From Dendrobates tinctorius (Eukaryota): a DNA stretch of 64,000 nt. The first letter of the stretch is position 1; the number at the start of each line of letters is the position of its first letter. Shown here in pieces: positions 47,059 to 60,068 of the stretch. The DNA lies in contig NW_027361940.1 in the NCBI RefSeq assembly GCF_039654945.1, forward strand, positions 2,232,001 to 2,296,000, read 5' to 3'. A model generated the notes under the pieces. That model worked only from the letters and a program-made list of their open reading frames with translations. It was not told the origin of the DNA and did no database searches. The position numbers and the translations under genes were made by a program.

Positions 47059-48394
47059 TACTACTGGAACTCCTCAGGACCTGTAGCTCTTCTCTAATCA
47101 TCAGTCGGATGTCCTCTGCCCTTACTGAGGACTCTTCCTGCAGGGTATGCCTAATGCAGATTTAAAAAAAACCTTTTGGGATAACTATCCGGAAGGGGTT
47201 GGGAGCATAAGACACCTTCCTTATGTTTCAATTTTTCGGTCCTTTTAGCCTAAAAGGTATACAGAAAGAAGGGGCCATCAGCTTGACAGGTGTGATCAAA
47301 TAACTCACCCGGTGAAGCTTGTCAGCATGGTATCGGCTGCGGGGGCGAAGGCACAGGCTGAGACATGGAGCGACTTGACTTCCTCTCCTTTCCACTTTTG
47401 TCCGTGGACCCACTCTGCTTGGAGCGTCCACTGCCACTCTTTCTGCTACTGCTGCCTGCTGCGTGGAGGCACTACTAGCTTCCTCCAGTGGGCGCAAAAC
47501 AGGGTCACTTGGGGATGACATTGCTGCGTACCAGTATGCCCTCTGGCCAGTTCTTTTATGTAGCCTTTTCCCCAATACAGAGCTGGACTCATTTTTTTTT
47601 CCTTGTTTTATTTTTTCCTGTCACTCGGAAGTGCTGCGTCACTTCCGGGTCCTGTGCCCCCCGCTCTATGGGCCTGCGCGGCTGCTCTATCCATGCGACG
47701 CCGCTTCTCACTGGTACCCCCGGAAGTTCAAACCATCCACTTCCAGGTAAGCGCACTGCCGACCATCTGCGCATGTGCACGCCGGCTTCCTACTCCCGCC
47801 CGCATGCCTCTTTGTCACCGCTGGCATGCGGGACTCCCGACCCGCACCTCCTTACTGCAGTGACACCGGACCGGACTCGCGGCTCCCACCGTCACTCTGG
47901 GTCTCAGGTAGGGCTGCTTCTTGCCTACCTCGCAGCACTATGCCAGGCCTCTGGTACCCCCGGGCTCCTGGGTGCTGAACTGCACCATGCTGCACTATTC
48001 CTGCGAGCCATGGCGGCCTCTCTGTTCCTGGCCTCGCAATGTGCCCTCAGCTGAGGGAGAGCAAACATGGAAGCCATTCCTGGGCAAGTGACGGCTCCTC
48101 CAGCTGCACTGTGCTCCCGGCGTGAGCCAGGGAGGCCATACCCAGACCTTGGCCTCACGCTGTCCTTATCAGTCGAGGGGAGAGCTGATAACCAGGCCTC
48201 CACCGATGCTGCCTCTGGCACTGGAGCCTCTGCCGCTCTGCAGAAACCGTACAGATGGCATCACAGCCCAGGAATCCTCTCTACAGGTTCCCTTAGGAGA
48301 ATAGGAAACCAACTGAGGGAGCGAGCGGGCTGCCCCTTTTATCTCTGTAGGCTCCCTGTTCCTAGGGGCGGATTCCTGGCGAAGATAAAAGAAA

Positions 48395-48900
48395 TGTCCT
48401 CAACATAAAAAAGTCTCACTTAGAGAGTCACTCTCGGTGTAGAGATGTAGAAAGCCAAGTGGAATATCGGAACCATCTGTTGTAAAGAGTTTTAATAGAA
48501 ATTGTAGTGGAAAAAGAGGAAAATTCAGCTGCTCGGAAAAATAGATGAAATCCATAGCTCTGGAGTTCACGAATGTCTGTAGGAAAAACAAAGGACTTAA
48601 AGAAGGAATTAGACATTTTGCTTGGGCAGTATCGTAGGTATTGGTAAAACCTCCATGAGACTTGTGAGAAGCTGGCAGTAGCCAGTGATCCTTCTACTTT
48701 TCATTACTCTTGCCACTAAAGTAGATTTACATATCCAAGAAAGATGCAATCAGATAATGAAAGAAGTTGGCAGATCCCTCCTGGCTATTTCATCTTGTAT
48801 GACCAAAGGCTGTAATGATGGGATTGCAGTGGAGGAATGAAGGCTGTAGAGGTGACGTGGCAGCTGGAGGAGCGAAGTCTGTAGAACCAAGGAAGCAGTC
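48395..48900 (-). mobile_element. Upstream continuation of the Gypsy remnant (degenerate aspartic protease)
   Basis: ORF 48400-48591 LQTFVNSRAMDFI resembles the AFVDSGA..NFI active site, followed by TTDGSDIPLG. It joins logically to the fragment ending near 42865. Confidence 0.55.
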
Positions 48901-49051
48901 AACAATGCACAGTAGTCTCCTAGATGTAGCAGAGCTTAGTCGGTCATGCGGGTCATAGTAGAGAAGAAGCAAAGTGTTGTAGCAGAGCCCAATGGAGCTG
49001 AGAATGGTTGGCTGATTTGTGGTGATACACAAAAAACACGGTATGACAGAC

Positions 49052-49650
49052 TGACAAATGTGCAAAAATACTCTGTTGTAAAAAATATATAACAGTAGAC
49101 AGCCAGTGCCAGTAAAAAAAATAACAAAAACTGTATTTAGTTGATACGTTTTTTGCAAAAAATGTATACTGAGCCGCTCTACCAACGTCACGGTCTACCC
49201 ATCTCGGAGCAGTCCTATCTAATGTACTGTATTTAAAACCTGATCATGTGAACAGTACCTATATGAGCAGGATTCAGAAAGGCGCTTCCTGATATGGGCA
49301 CGCTGTGTAAGACGGCTCTTTATATGCATGTCACACGAGAGAGGGGCGGGAATCTCCCAAACCTTGCTGAGCAAGGAACTAACAGATTAAAAACACATGT
49401 GACATGCACAAAAGTGAACAGGTCGGTTGGACAGTGTCCACACCACCCAAAGACAGAAACACAAAGAAAAAACAGTATGACAAATGTGCAAAAATACTCT
49501 GTTGTAAAAAATATGTAACAGTAAACAGCAAGTGCTAGTAAAAAATGATAAAAACCGGGTATTTAGTTGATACGTTTTTTGCAAAAAATGTATACTAAGC
49601 CGCTCCACCATGTCATGGTATACCCATCTCGGAGCAGTCCTATCTAATGT
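49052..49650. repeat. Unclassified ~180-bp direct repeat pair
   Basis: TGACAAATGTGCAAAAATACTCTGTTGTAAAAAATAT...CCCATCTCGGAGCAGTCCTATCTAATGTA at ~49052-49226 and ~49478-49651. Confidence 0.85.
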
Positions 49651-50183
49651 ATTTACAACCTGTGGTGATGAGGCAGAGCTTAGAGTATATCAGTAGGTGC
49701 ACCTATAGCAATGTAGCATAGTCAAGTGAAGTAGGAGTGCTGTGTTTGTTAGGTGATGCACTTGCACGGGTAAGGTGGCCAGAGTGTAGTCGTGGATACT
49801 ATAAATGCGCAGGTGGCCTATAAAATCTGTGGACATGACATCAGAGGTTGCGACGCTAACTTGCAGCAAAAAGCAGATGTTATGAGTGTGTTTACACGGG
49901 TAACAGGAGGGAAAGAAATACCAAAGAGAGACGCCACGCCTGTACCCAACTGATCCCTGTACATTCTAGTAAAGGCCCTAGCTGCACAACTAAATACAAC
50001 TTCTCGGGCCTGGCTACCTAACAGGACGTTGAGGGTTTTCTCTTACCTTCTAAAGAACCACAGTGGAGGCTGCAACACAAATCCAAAAAAGGTAGAGGAA
50101 AGTGTGCACGGAGACGTGAAAACCCAGGGTAAGAAACTAAACCTGTTCACACAGGATATACCGGGATATATACAGAGAATTAA

Positions 50184-50531
50184 AGGGAATCTGTCACCCC
50201 ATTTTTCGCCTATCAGCTGCTGGGATTGACATCAGGGGCTTATCTCCAGCATTCTGTAATGCATTCTGTTATGCTGTAGATAAGCCCCCGATGTAACCTG
50301 ACAGAAGAAAAACGAGTTATATACTCACCCGGAGGAGGTCCGGGTCCGATGGGTGTCACGGTCCGGCGCCTCCCATCTTCTAACTGTGACGTCTTCTTTC
50401 CTTCCCGTCGCGGCTCCTGCGCAGGCGCACTGATTTGCCCTGTTGAGGGCAGAACAGAATACTGCAGTGCGCAGGTGCTGGACCTCTCCCGGCGCCTGCG
50501 CACTGCAGGACTCTGCTGTGCCCTCAACAGT
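50184..50531. mobile_element. T2/Kolobok-type MITE fragment (one end)
   Basis: TTAA|AGGGAATCTGTCA terminus and an internal hairpin CTGTTGAGGGCA...TGCCCTCAACAG (50440-50530). The second terminus was not seen. Confidence 0.6.
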
Positions 50532-50619
50532 TGAGTGTCACAAACAGCTCTCTACGGCCCCCTATCATCGGGACAATTCCACAACTGACCGACAATTTGT
50601 GGTAGGTACACTTTACCTG

Positions 50620-52024
50620 TGAGAGACAGAATCTAAAAAAAAAAAATCACATTGTATAATTTTTACATAATTAAAATGCAGTTATTGCATGAAATAAGTA
50701 TTTGATCACCGACAAACCAGCGAGAGTTCTCTCTCACAGACCTGTTAGTTTTTTTGTAAGAAGCCTCCTACGCCGTACTCATTGCTTGTATTAATTGCAC
50801 CTGTTTGACCTCGTTACCTTTATAAAGGCCACCTGCCCACACAATCACTCCAACCTCTCCACCATGGCCAAGACCAAAGAGCTGTTAAAGTACACCTGGG
50901 ACAAAATCGTAGACCTGCACTAGGCTGGGATCGGCTGCAGGACAATAGGCAAGCAGCTTGGTGAGAAGTCAACCACTGTTGTCACAGTCATTAGAAAATG
51001 GAAGAAACACAAGATTACTTCAATCCTCTGTGGTCTGTGGCTCCATGCAAGATCTCCCCTCATGGGGTAAAGATGATTCTGAGAAAAGATCAGGAATTGG
51101 CCTAGAACTACACAAGAAAACCTGGTCAATGACCTGAAGAGAGCTGGGACCACTGTCTCAAACCTTACTTTTGGTAGCGCGTTATTCCGTCATGGATTAA
51201 AGACCTGCAAGGCCATGTAAGGTCCTCCTGCTCATTCCAGCACATGTCCAGGCCTGTCTGAAGTTCGCCAGTGACCATCTGGATGATCCAGAGGAGGCAT
51301 GGGAGGGTCATGTGGTCAGATGAGACCAAAATAGAACTTTTTGGTATCAACTCCACTCGCCATGTTTGCAGACAGAAGATTAAGTTCAGCCCCAAGAACA
51401 CCGTCCCAAACGTGAAGCCTGGTAAGGGAAACCTCATACGTTGGGTTCTTTTTGCAAAGGGGACAGGACGACAGGATGGGGTCATGTATCATGAGATTGT
51501 AGCCAACAACCTCCTGCCCTCAGAGAATTGAATATGGGTCGTGGCTGGGTCTTGCAGCATGACAATGACCTGAAGCACACAGCCAGGGCTACTAAGGAGC
51601 GGCTCCGTAAGAAACATTTCAAGGTCCTGGAGTGACCTTGTTGGCCTCTGGACCGGAGCCCAATAGAACATTTTTGGAGGAAGCTAAAACTAAATATTGC
51701 CCAGCAACAGCCCCGATACCTGAACTGTATGGAGATGATCTGTATGGAGGAGGCCAAAATCCCTGCTGCACTGTGCAAACCTGGTCTAGAGCTACAGGAA
51801 ACATCTGACCTCTGTAACTGCAATGCTGTACTAAATATTAAGTCCTGTTTTTTTATTGTATCAAATACTTATTTTATGCAATAAAATGCAAATTAATTAT
51901 TTAAAAAATCATACAATGTGATTTTTCTGTTTTTTTATTTTTAGATTCTGTCTCACAGTTGAAGGTGGTATTAATGGAGGTGGGAAAACATCGGCAGCGG
52001 ATCAAATACTTATTTTCCCCACTA
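50620..52024 (+). mobile_element. Degenerate Tc1 transposon
   Basis: MAKTKEL start at 50864, [31 protein letters not shown]. Inverted termini ~50620-50707 / 51859-51955; left outer end eroded. Confidence 0.85.
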
Positions 52025-52079
52025 TATTATATACTAATATATACACATACTATATTGTTTTTTCATTTTAAAGCTACAC

Positions 52080-54920
52080 AAAGGCAGATGGATCAATATA
52101 AAGGTTTGAGCACCCTTGGAGATTAGTGTGCTCAGATAACTTTGGCCAAGGTTTCAGACCTTAATGATCCTGTTAGGTTATGGCTTGCTCAGCATCATCG
52201 TTAGGAAAGGCCAGGTGATGCAAATTTCCCAGCTTTGTAAAAACCCAGCCTTCTCTAACCTTGTGCCAAAACACAACAGCCATGGGTTCTTCTAAGCAGC
52301 GGCCGAGCACTCTGAAAATGGTGGAGGCCCACAAAGCAGGACAAGACTATAAGAAGAGAGCAAAGCGTTGCCCTTTCCTCAGTTCAATATGTAATTAAGA
52401 AATGGCAGTTAAATGAACATTGGAGGTCAAGATAAGGTCTAGAAAAGCAAGCAAAATTTCAGTGAGAGCTGCTCGAAGAATTCCTATAGAGACCAATCAG
52501 AATCCCTGTTTGACTGCAATGTACCTTCAGAAAGATTTAGCAGACTCTGGAGTTGGGGTTCAGTGTGCAGGTGTCTCTGAACAGTAAAACAGATTAGGCC
52601 TTCATGGAAGAGTCATCAGGAATAAACCTCTCCTGCATCCTCACTGTAAAATTCAGCTTCAGAAGTATGCAAAAGAACATCTAACCAATCCTGATGCATT
52701 TTGGAAACAAGTCCTGTGGACCGTTGAGGGTAAAATAGACCTCTTTGGCCACAATGACCAAAAGGTATGTGTAGAGAAAAAAGGGCAGAGAAATTCAGGA
52801 AAAAAACATCTCGCCAACATTAAGCATGGGGGGTGGATCAATCATGCTTTGGGGTTGTGATGCAGCCAATGGCACTGGGAGAAGGAAGAATGGATTCGAT
52901 TAAATTTCAACACATTTTTGATGCAAACATAACACCATCTGTAAAAAAGCTGAAGATGAAAAGAGGATGAGGATGTCTTCTACAAATGGAGAATGATAAT
53001 AAACACATCACAATCCACAAAAGGCACAAGATGAAGGTCTTACAATGGCCCTCATAGTCCCGTGATCTGATCATCATTGAAAATCTGTGGCGAGACCTCA
53101 AAATAAAAAAATACAACAGAAAAAGGGGCCGCACCGCTTACCTGCCCAGATCTCTGAACTAATGCGTTACAGGATGCAGCCAGCGCATGGAGCAAAGATA
53201 ACAAAAGAAAAATACAGCCGGAGTATAACTTGAATAACATGCAAGATGTAAAAGCATGTTCACACTGGCTAATGAAAATAAGGAAAAAAGCAATGCATTA
53301 AATAATTAACATAGGGTACTTGGTAAACACTGGTTTTGATGAAAAAAAGCCTAAAGCTGTCCCACCGCAGCAAGGTGTACCCCACTGGGACAGTAACTCC
53401 ACTCTCTAATGGTGAAACCTACCTAGTGTGAACAGTGGCAGAGAGTCAGCGGGCCCCAACCGGACACCCAGCTTTGGAGGGACTATATATGAGCGACCCA
53501 GCTCAGTAGAAGGGGGCTGCACCCTATTTGTACTGAATACAAAAATACTGAAGAAAAAAAAAATCAGAAAATTGAGCCAGAGTATGACCAGAAACCATGC
53601 ATGATGTTACCGCATGTTCACACTGGCCATAGAAACAAGCAAATCCAAAGAAAAGACAATGTGTGCATGCACCCTAAGGCCTCTTTCACACTTCAGTTTT
53701 TTGTATCAGTTAAAGTCCGCCAAAAAGGCGGAAAAGCGGATCCGTTCCTAACTGATGTGAACGGATGCCACAGGATCCGTTTTTTGATGGATCCGCAGAA
53801 TGAAGAATTTTAAAGGAACCGCTGGCCGGGAAAGAGAGAGAGAGAGAATGAATTTTTTCCGTCCGCCAGAAAGGTTCAGGGTTAATTTTCTCCCTGACAT
53901 CCTTTCTCGGGCATGTGCACTGGAAAATGCGAATCCAACAAGAAAAAAAACGTTGCAAGGTCTGTCCAGGCATGGCGGCGGTGAAAAAAAATTGGCGGAT
54001 CCTCACAAAAACGGATCCAACGGACGGCCATCCGTCAAGATCGGCCAGTAATGCAACTCAATGGGGAAAAAAACGGATCCGCAAAAAAAAATGGCGGATC
54101 CGTTTTTTTCAAAACCTGGCGGATTTTGACTGATGGTCAAAAACGGAAGTGTGAAAGAGGCCTAATGAAAATTAAAAAATAAAGTAAAAAAGCAAGTGCA
54201 TGAAATCTCTAACATAGGGTACTTAGCAAACACTGTTTATGATTGAAAACATCATGTGTCTGGTTCGAATACTGAGGGCGTGACTAATAGGCTGCGAACC
54301 AGACACTATGCATTACCGGCATGTGAACAGCGCCCTATACAGGCCTCTATTGTGCGAACACCTAGTAAGCAGTCGCCGCTCCATGGATTGGCAGGCTGAG
54401 TGGTGTCTAGTATTTTGCACCTGTGCTGCCGACATCTTTGCACCCTGTAGTGCATTTGCTCAGAGACCTGGGCGGGGACGCGGTGCTGCCCCTTTTTCTG
54501 CTGTATTTTTGGAGGATTTTCAGTCCTCTTTTGTGGCTTTGCTACTAGTTTAGACCCCAAAATAGCAGGGTCAGCAAAACAACCCAGGAATCTCATAGAA
54601 CTGGAAGAATAGAGGGAAATCCATCACACAATAAGACGCGTCGCCGGCTGCAAAAAGCGTTTACAAGCTGGGATACTTTCCAAACAGGGTGCAACTAGGC
54701 GCTAAACGTGCAGGGTGCCCTACCTCTTGCATCGGACCATTTTCCTTTTTGTAATTATTAAAATGTAAAACATGACAATATTTTTTTTTTTGCCTAAAAT
54801 GCAAAGGAAATTTGTCTTAAACTTTAGGCCCGTTAGAGATAATTTCATCTTTAACTTTCTTACCTGTTCATATTAACTGTAATTTCCTCCAGGGGTGCCC
54901 AAACTTTTACATGCCCTTGT
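52080..54920 (+). mobile_element. Degenerate Tc1 transposon interrupted by ~1.45 kb of younger insertions
   Basis: MGSSKQ at 52282, VLWTVEGKIDLFG, IKHGGG and DLIIIENLWRDLK (break at ~53103), resuming near 54560. TIR remnants AAAGGTTTGAGCACCC / GGGTGCCCAAACTTT. Confidence 0.75.
53678..54162. mobile_element. PIF/Harbinger MITE (485 bp)
   Basis: TAA|GGCCTCTTTCACACTTC ... GAAGTGTGAAAGAGGCC|TAA, with internal CGGATCCG repeats. Confidence 0.9.
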
Positions 54921-55190
54921 ATGTGCTTCCTTGCCTATCACATCGCACTGCTCCCAGGCCTGCCATGGCTATGTATTCACGAGCCCGTCCTAAACCGGAA
55001 ATCTGGTGTAGGGCTTTCTTGGGGACAGCCAGTGACATCATCTACTCTGCCACCTGCTTACTGGTCATGCGCTGATGTCTTTGAGAAGACGTTACCTCTA
55101 AATATAAATTTCAAAAACTGACTGTCACAGCCAAGCATAAACATTGTGTGAACAGGTGCTTAACCTAGAGTCACCAACTCATATACATGC

Positions 55191-55576
55191 AAGCAAAAAA
55201 GGAAGCACACTGTAGCGCCAAACCATGCAAACATGATAAATGAATTGCATCACTGCATTAGAAATATGAAAAACTGAGAAAGTTTAGCGCATAAAATGGC
55301 CAAGATATGTGTACCTGGAAGCCACGGTAAGGCGTTTCTCGTTTTCCAGGACCCTGTCTATGCCAATCCTCACTAAGGCTGAAGTCTCCATCTGAATGGG
55401 AACCTATGAAAAATCCTCTGTTTAGACTGAAGTCTATATCAACGTGGCTTCCAGGTACATATCTTGGCCATTTTATGCGCTAAACTTTCTCAGTTTTTCA
55501 TATTTCTAATGCAGCAATGCAATTCATGTTTCATATTTGCATGTTATGGCGCTACAGTGTGCTTCCTTTTTTGCTT
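55191..55576. repeat. ~135-bp inverted repeat with ~116-bp spacer
   Basis: 55191-55326 is the near reverse complement of 55443-55576. Confidence 0.9.
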
Positions 55577-55739
55577 GAAGTTACCTTTAGGCCTTACGGT
55601 TGTCTCATTGGTCTGCTCCAGGGATCCCCACCTCCCGAGGCCGTATCCTCTGGCGGAGACCCTAGCCATGTACGATTACATTAAGGAGAATCAGGCAAGG
55701 GGATTCATCCAAAAGTCTTCCTCACTGGCAGGAACTGGT

Positions 55740-56296
55740 TGTCACGCGCGGTGAGGGAAAACCAAGTGTAACATATAGGGGAAGGGGGCCCAGACACTAA
55801 GGAAGGGATTTGGAGACCCCCTAGGCGAGATCTAATTTCTCCCTAGAACTCCTACCGAGTCCCTATATTGGTTCCTCACCAATCGCCGAGCCGGAACCTG
55901 AGGCCCTGAACCTCCCTGGGGCCTAGTCCTGAATAGGGAACGTGAGGGAGATGCGCGCTAGGCAGTCTCCACTAAAGACGGTAAGGTGAGACAAACAGGG
56001 GAACACTTAGCGGAATCGCCAGATACGGATACCAGAAGAGGGATTCCAGACACCAAACTGGAGCACTCTGAGAAGGTCCAACATTCTAGCAAGCAGAAGT
56101 GGAAATGAAGCCATTACCTGCGCTGGGTCACAGCTGAGCCACCAACTAAATAGATCCAAACTTCTCAGGGCAGGAGGAGGTCGACGCTGGGTCCTAGAGG
56201 CAGATGGTTGAGGGAGCAGTCTGTATGGACAGGCGCTCAGACCTTCTGAGGCCTGACACAGGACGATAGCCTGTCACCTCCGAAGCGCTCGTGACA
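55740..56296. mobile_element. Solo LTR (557 bp)
   Basis: TGTCACG...CGTGACA termini with a perfect 5-bp TSD CTGGT. Excision restores the RT motif AGTG-F. Confidence 0.92.
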
Positions 56297-56416
56297 CTGG
56301 TTTCTGTGTTAGAAGGATGAAACTCCGGCCTTGTATAGATTATAGAGGTCTCAACCAGATCACGAGGAAATAACAGTATCTGTTACCCCTAATCCCAGAG
56401 GTGATTGATCGTCTTA

Positions 56417-56858
56417 GGCTAATTTCACACTAGTGTTTCACTGACCTGCGTTGATTTGCGCACGGCCGCCGCTAATCTCCGCCCCCGGCCGCTCCGCCTA
56501 TGGGCGCATGACTCTGCATGCGACCTGCGTACCCTATCCTTAGCATTGGGTAAGCAGGCCGCTCACAGGTATGCGTTTGCCGGCGCATGCATCCTTTTGA
56601 CGGTGCACCGACCTACGCCAGACGCACCGTGTTGCATTTTGGTGTGCTCGGCACACCGTCAAAAGGATGCATGCGCCGGCAAACGCATACCTGTGAACGG
56701 CCTGCTTACCCAATGCTAAGGATAGGGTACGCAGGTCGCATGCAGAGTCATGCGCCCATAGGCGGAGCGGCCGAGAGGAGGCGTGGCCGGGGGCGGAGAT
56801 TAGCGGCGGCCATGCTCAGATCGACGCAGGTCAGTGAAACACTAGTGTGAAACTAGCC
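56417..56858. mobile_element. PIF/Harbinger MITE, almost fully palindromic (442 bp)
   Basis: TTA|GGCTAATTTCACACTAG ... CTAGTGTGAAACTAGCC|TGA; the arms pair almost to the centre. Confidence 0.88.
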
Positions 56859-57162
56859 TGAGAGGTGCAGGATCTTCATCAAGCTCAATCTGAGAGGAGC
56901 CTACAACCTAATTCGCAAACACCAAGGAGTTGAGTGGAAGACTGTTTCCAACGCCCAGGACGACCATTATGACTGTCGTGTTGTGCCGTTTGGGCCCAGT
57001 GATGTCCCGCCTGTCTTCCAAGAGACTGTGAACGACATCTTCTGAGCTCTGCTGTACTCCTACGTATCTGGGTGATATCCTGATCTTCTCTCCAGATCAG
57101 CCTTCTCATAGGAGGGACCTTACCAGGTCTTACTGACTTAGGGAGAATTGTCTGTGGGTTAA

Positions 57163-60068
57163 CCCCTTCACGACGCCGATACGCCTTTTAATGGCGGCAG
57201 TTAACCCCTTAAGGACCAAGCTATTTTGTAGGTTAATGACCAGGCTTTAATTTTTGAAATCGGACCACCGTCACTTTATGAGGTTATAACTCTGGAACGT
57301 TTCGGCGGATCCCGCTGATTCCGACATTGTTTTTTTCATGACATATTTTACTTCATGATAGTGATAACATTTCTTCGATATAACTTGCATTTATTTTGGA
57401 AAAAAAAAAAAAAAAATATGTTGAAATTTTTTTTAAATTTTGCAATTTTCCAAGTTAATTTTTATGCCCTTAAATCAGAGATATGTCACAAAAAATAGCT
57501 AATAAATAACATGTCCCACATGTTTACTTTACCTCCGCACAATTTTGGAAACATAATTTTCTTTTGTTAGGAAGTTATAAGGGTTAAAAGTTGACCAGCG
57601 ATTTTCTCATTTTATTTTTAGGGACCACATCACATATGAAGTCACTTTGAGGGGCCTATGTGATAGAAAATACCCAAAAGTGACACCATTCTAAAAACTG
57701 CACCCCTCAAGGTGCTCAAAACCACATTCAAGAAGTTTATTAACCCTTTAGCTGCTTCACAAGAATTGAAGCAATGTGGAAGGGAAAAATGAACATTTAA
57801 CTTTTTTTTTCCCCAAAATTTTTCTTCGGACAGGAGAAAATGAACCATAATATTTGTTGTGCAATTTCTCCTGAGTACACCGATACCCCATATGTGGAGG
57901 AAGACCAATCATTAGGCGCATGGCAGGACTCACAAGGGAAGGAGCACCACTTGAGATTATGAATGTCAAATTGGCTGGAATCGAGATCGGACGCCATGTC
58001 GTGTTTGCAGAACCCCTGATGTACCTAAACAGTGGAAACCCCCCATAAGTGACCCCATTTTGGAAACTAGACCCCCCAAGGAACTTATCTAGATACGTGG
58101 TGAGAACGTTGAACCCCCAAGTGCTTCACAGAAGTTTATAACGTACAGCCGTACAATTAAAAAATCATTTTGTCCAAAAAAATGATCTATTTGCCCCCAA
58201 TTTATTTTCCCAAGGGTACCAGGGGAAATTGGACCCCAAAAGTTGTTGTGCAATTTGTCCTGAGTAGGCTGATACCCCATATGTGGGGGTAAACCACTGT
58301 GATCGCCTTACTGCTGATCATTAGGAGGCAGATTGAACAAATCCACAACAGGTGAAGAGTATTTTTTACGCCGTTCCTCGTGCGGTATAAGTGATTCGAC
58401 GACTTTATTCCTCGGGTCGGTGCGATTACAGCGATACCAGATTTATATCCTTTTTTCATGTTTAGCTTCCGTCACACTAAGGCTAGTTTCACACTAGCGT
58501 TCTGAGGCGCAGCGCAGGGCCGCTGCTAAGCTCCGCCCCCTGCCACGCCTCCTCCGGTCAGCTCCTCCTCTGGGCGCATGATGCTGCATGCCACCGGTGT
58601 ACCCTATATTTAACGGCTACGCTGGTATGTTTTTGCCGGCGCATGCGCCTTTTGCGCTGCGCCGAGTGCACAAAAATGCAACACAGTGTGTACCCAATGC
58701 AAAATCTAGGGTATGCTGGTCGCATGCAGCGTCATGCGCCCAGAGGAGGAGCTGACCGGAGGAGGCGTGGCCAGGGCGGAGCTTAGCGGCAGCCCTGCGC
58801 CTCAGAACGCTAGTGTGAAACTCGCCTATAAGACACTTTTTTTGCAAGAAATGTTTGCATCACCACATTTTGAGAGCTATATTTCCATATTTTGACCCAC
58901 AGAGTCATGTGAGGTCTTGTTTTTTGTGGGACGAGCGGACGTTTTTATTGGTACCATTTTCGGGTACATGACATTATATGATCGCTTTCTATTCCAATTT
59001 TTGTTGAGGCAGAATGAACAAAAATAGCAATTCATGAATTTTCTCTTTCACCGTTCCGGGTGCGGTATTACTGATATGGCGGCTTTATTCCTCGGGTCGG
59101 TACGGTTACAGCGATACCTCATTTATATCTTTTTTATGCTTTGGTGTTTTTTTACACAACAAAAACTTTTATATAAATATAATTATTTTTGCATCGCTTT
59201 ATTCTGCGAGCTATAACTTTTTATTTTTTCGCTGATGACGCTGTGTGGCGGCTCGTTTTTTGAGGGAGAAGATGACGTTTTCAGCGGTACCACAGATATT
59301 TATATCCCTCTTTTTGATCGCATTATTCCACTTTTTCCAAGCAGTAGGATGCCACTTGGAAAAAGTATAATTTGTTACTTTTTTTGTGTGTTTTTTACGG
59401 CGTTCAGTGAAGGGGTTCATTAGGGTGACACTTTTATAGATGGAATTTTTACGGACGCAGCGATACCAAACGTGCATTTTTTCTTACATAAGAATGTGTA
59501 TTTATTAAGAGAATTTTTTATATTATTTTTTAATATTTTGTTTTAAATTTTTTTACCTTGTCCCTTTATGGGACTTTTTTTTACTTTGATTTGCAGGTAT
59601 AATATATTGCAACGCTCCACCATTGCAATGCATTATACCCTATGGAGAAAGCTGCTGAGACCATGCTGTGAGCTGTGAGCATGGTCTCAGAGGCTTTCCG
59701 TAGCTGGATGACTTGGAGGTTGTGGGTCATCATGGCACAGATTGGGCCCGGCGATTACACCGTGGGGACGCCGATCTGAGGCAGGGGAGCCCCCGACCCT
59801 CTGCCTCCCCCCCAAACGCTGTGATTGCACCTGATTGCAGCAGTCAGGGGGTTAACAGCCAGAGGCGGTGCGGACGCCGCTCCTAGCTGTCAGTGCAGGA
59901 TGCTCGGCCACCGCAGCGCTGAACTGCACTGATCGGGCAAGAGATGGGGAAATTTCAGCGTCTCCTGCCCGATTGGGCTGTGGTCAGTCAGATTGACCAA
60001 TCACAGCACTCTTATCGTTCAGTTACACCGGCCATGATGGACTGTGCACGTGCATAGATGTTAAGGGG
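57163..60068. mobile_element. TTAA-flanked piggyBac-type non-autonomous element
   Basis: TTAA|CCCCTT ... AAGGGG|TTAA, with a second inner TTAACCCCTT at 57201. Internal repeated blocks and no transposase. Confidence 0.72.
58481..58826. mobile_element. PIF/Harbinger palindromic MITE (346 bp), related to 56417-56858
   Basis: TAA|GGCTAGTTTCACACTAGCGTTCTGAGGCGCAG ... CTGCGCCTCAGAACGCTAGTGTGAAACTCGCC. Confidence 0.88.

Larger units (their letters stand above)
42880..48390 (-). mobile_element. DIRS1-type tyrosine-recombinase retrotransposon with both termini, decayed
   Basis: Inverted terminal repeats (~42940-43005 vs ~48305-48377) and an internal complementary region at 43178-43266. Contains gag, RT start, RNase H, methyltransferase-like and recombinase fragments. 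Confidence 0.92.
55600..57158 (+). mobile_element. Decayed Gypsy RT fragment interrupted by a solo LTR and a MITE
   Basis: YIKENQARGFIQKSSSLAGTG, LRPCIDYRGLNQIT, LPLIPEVIDRL, KLNLRGAYNLIR, EWKT and YLGDILIFS, in order. Confidence 0.88.
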
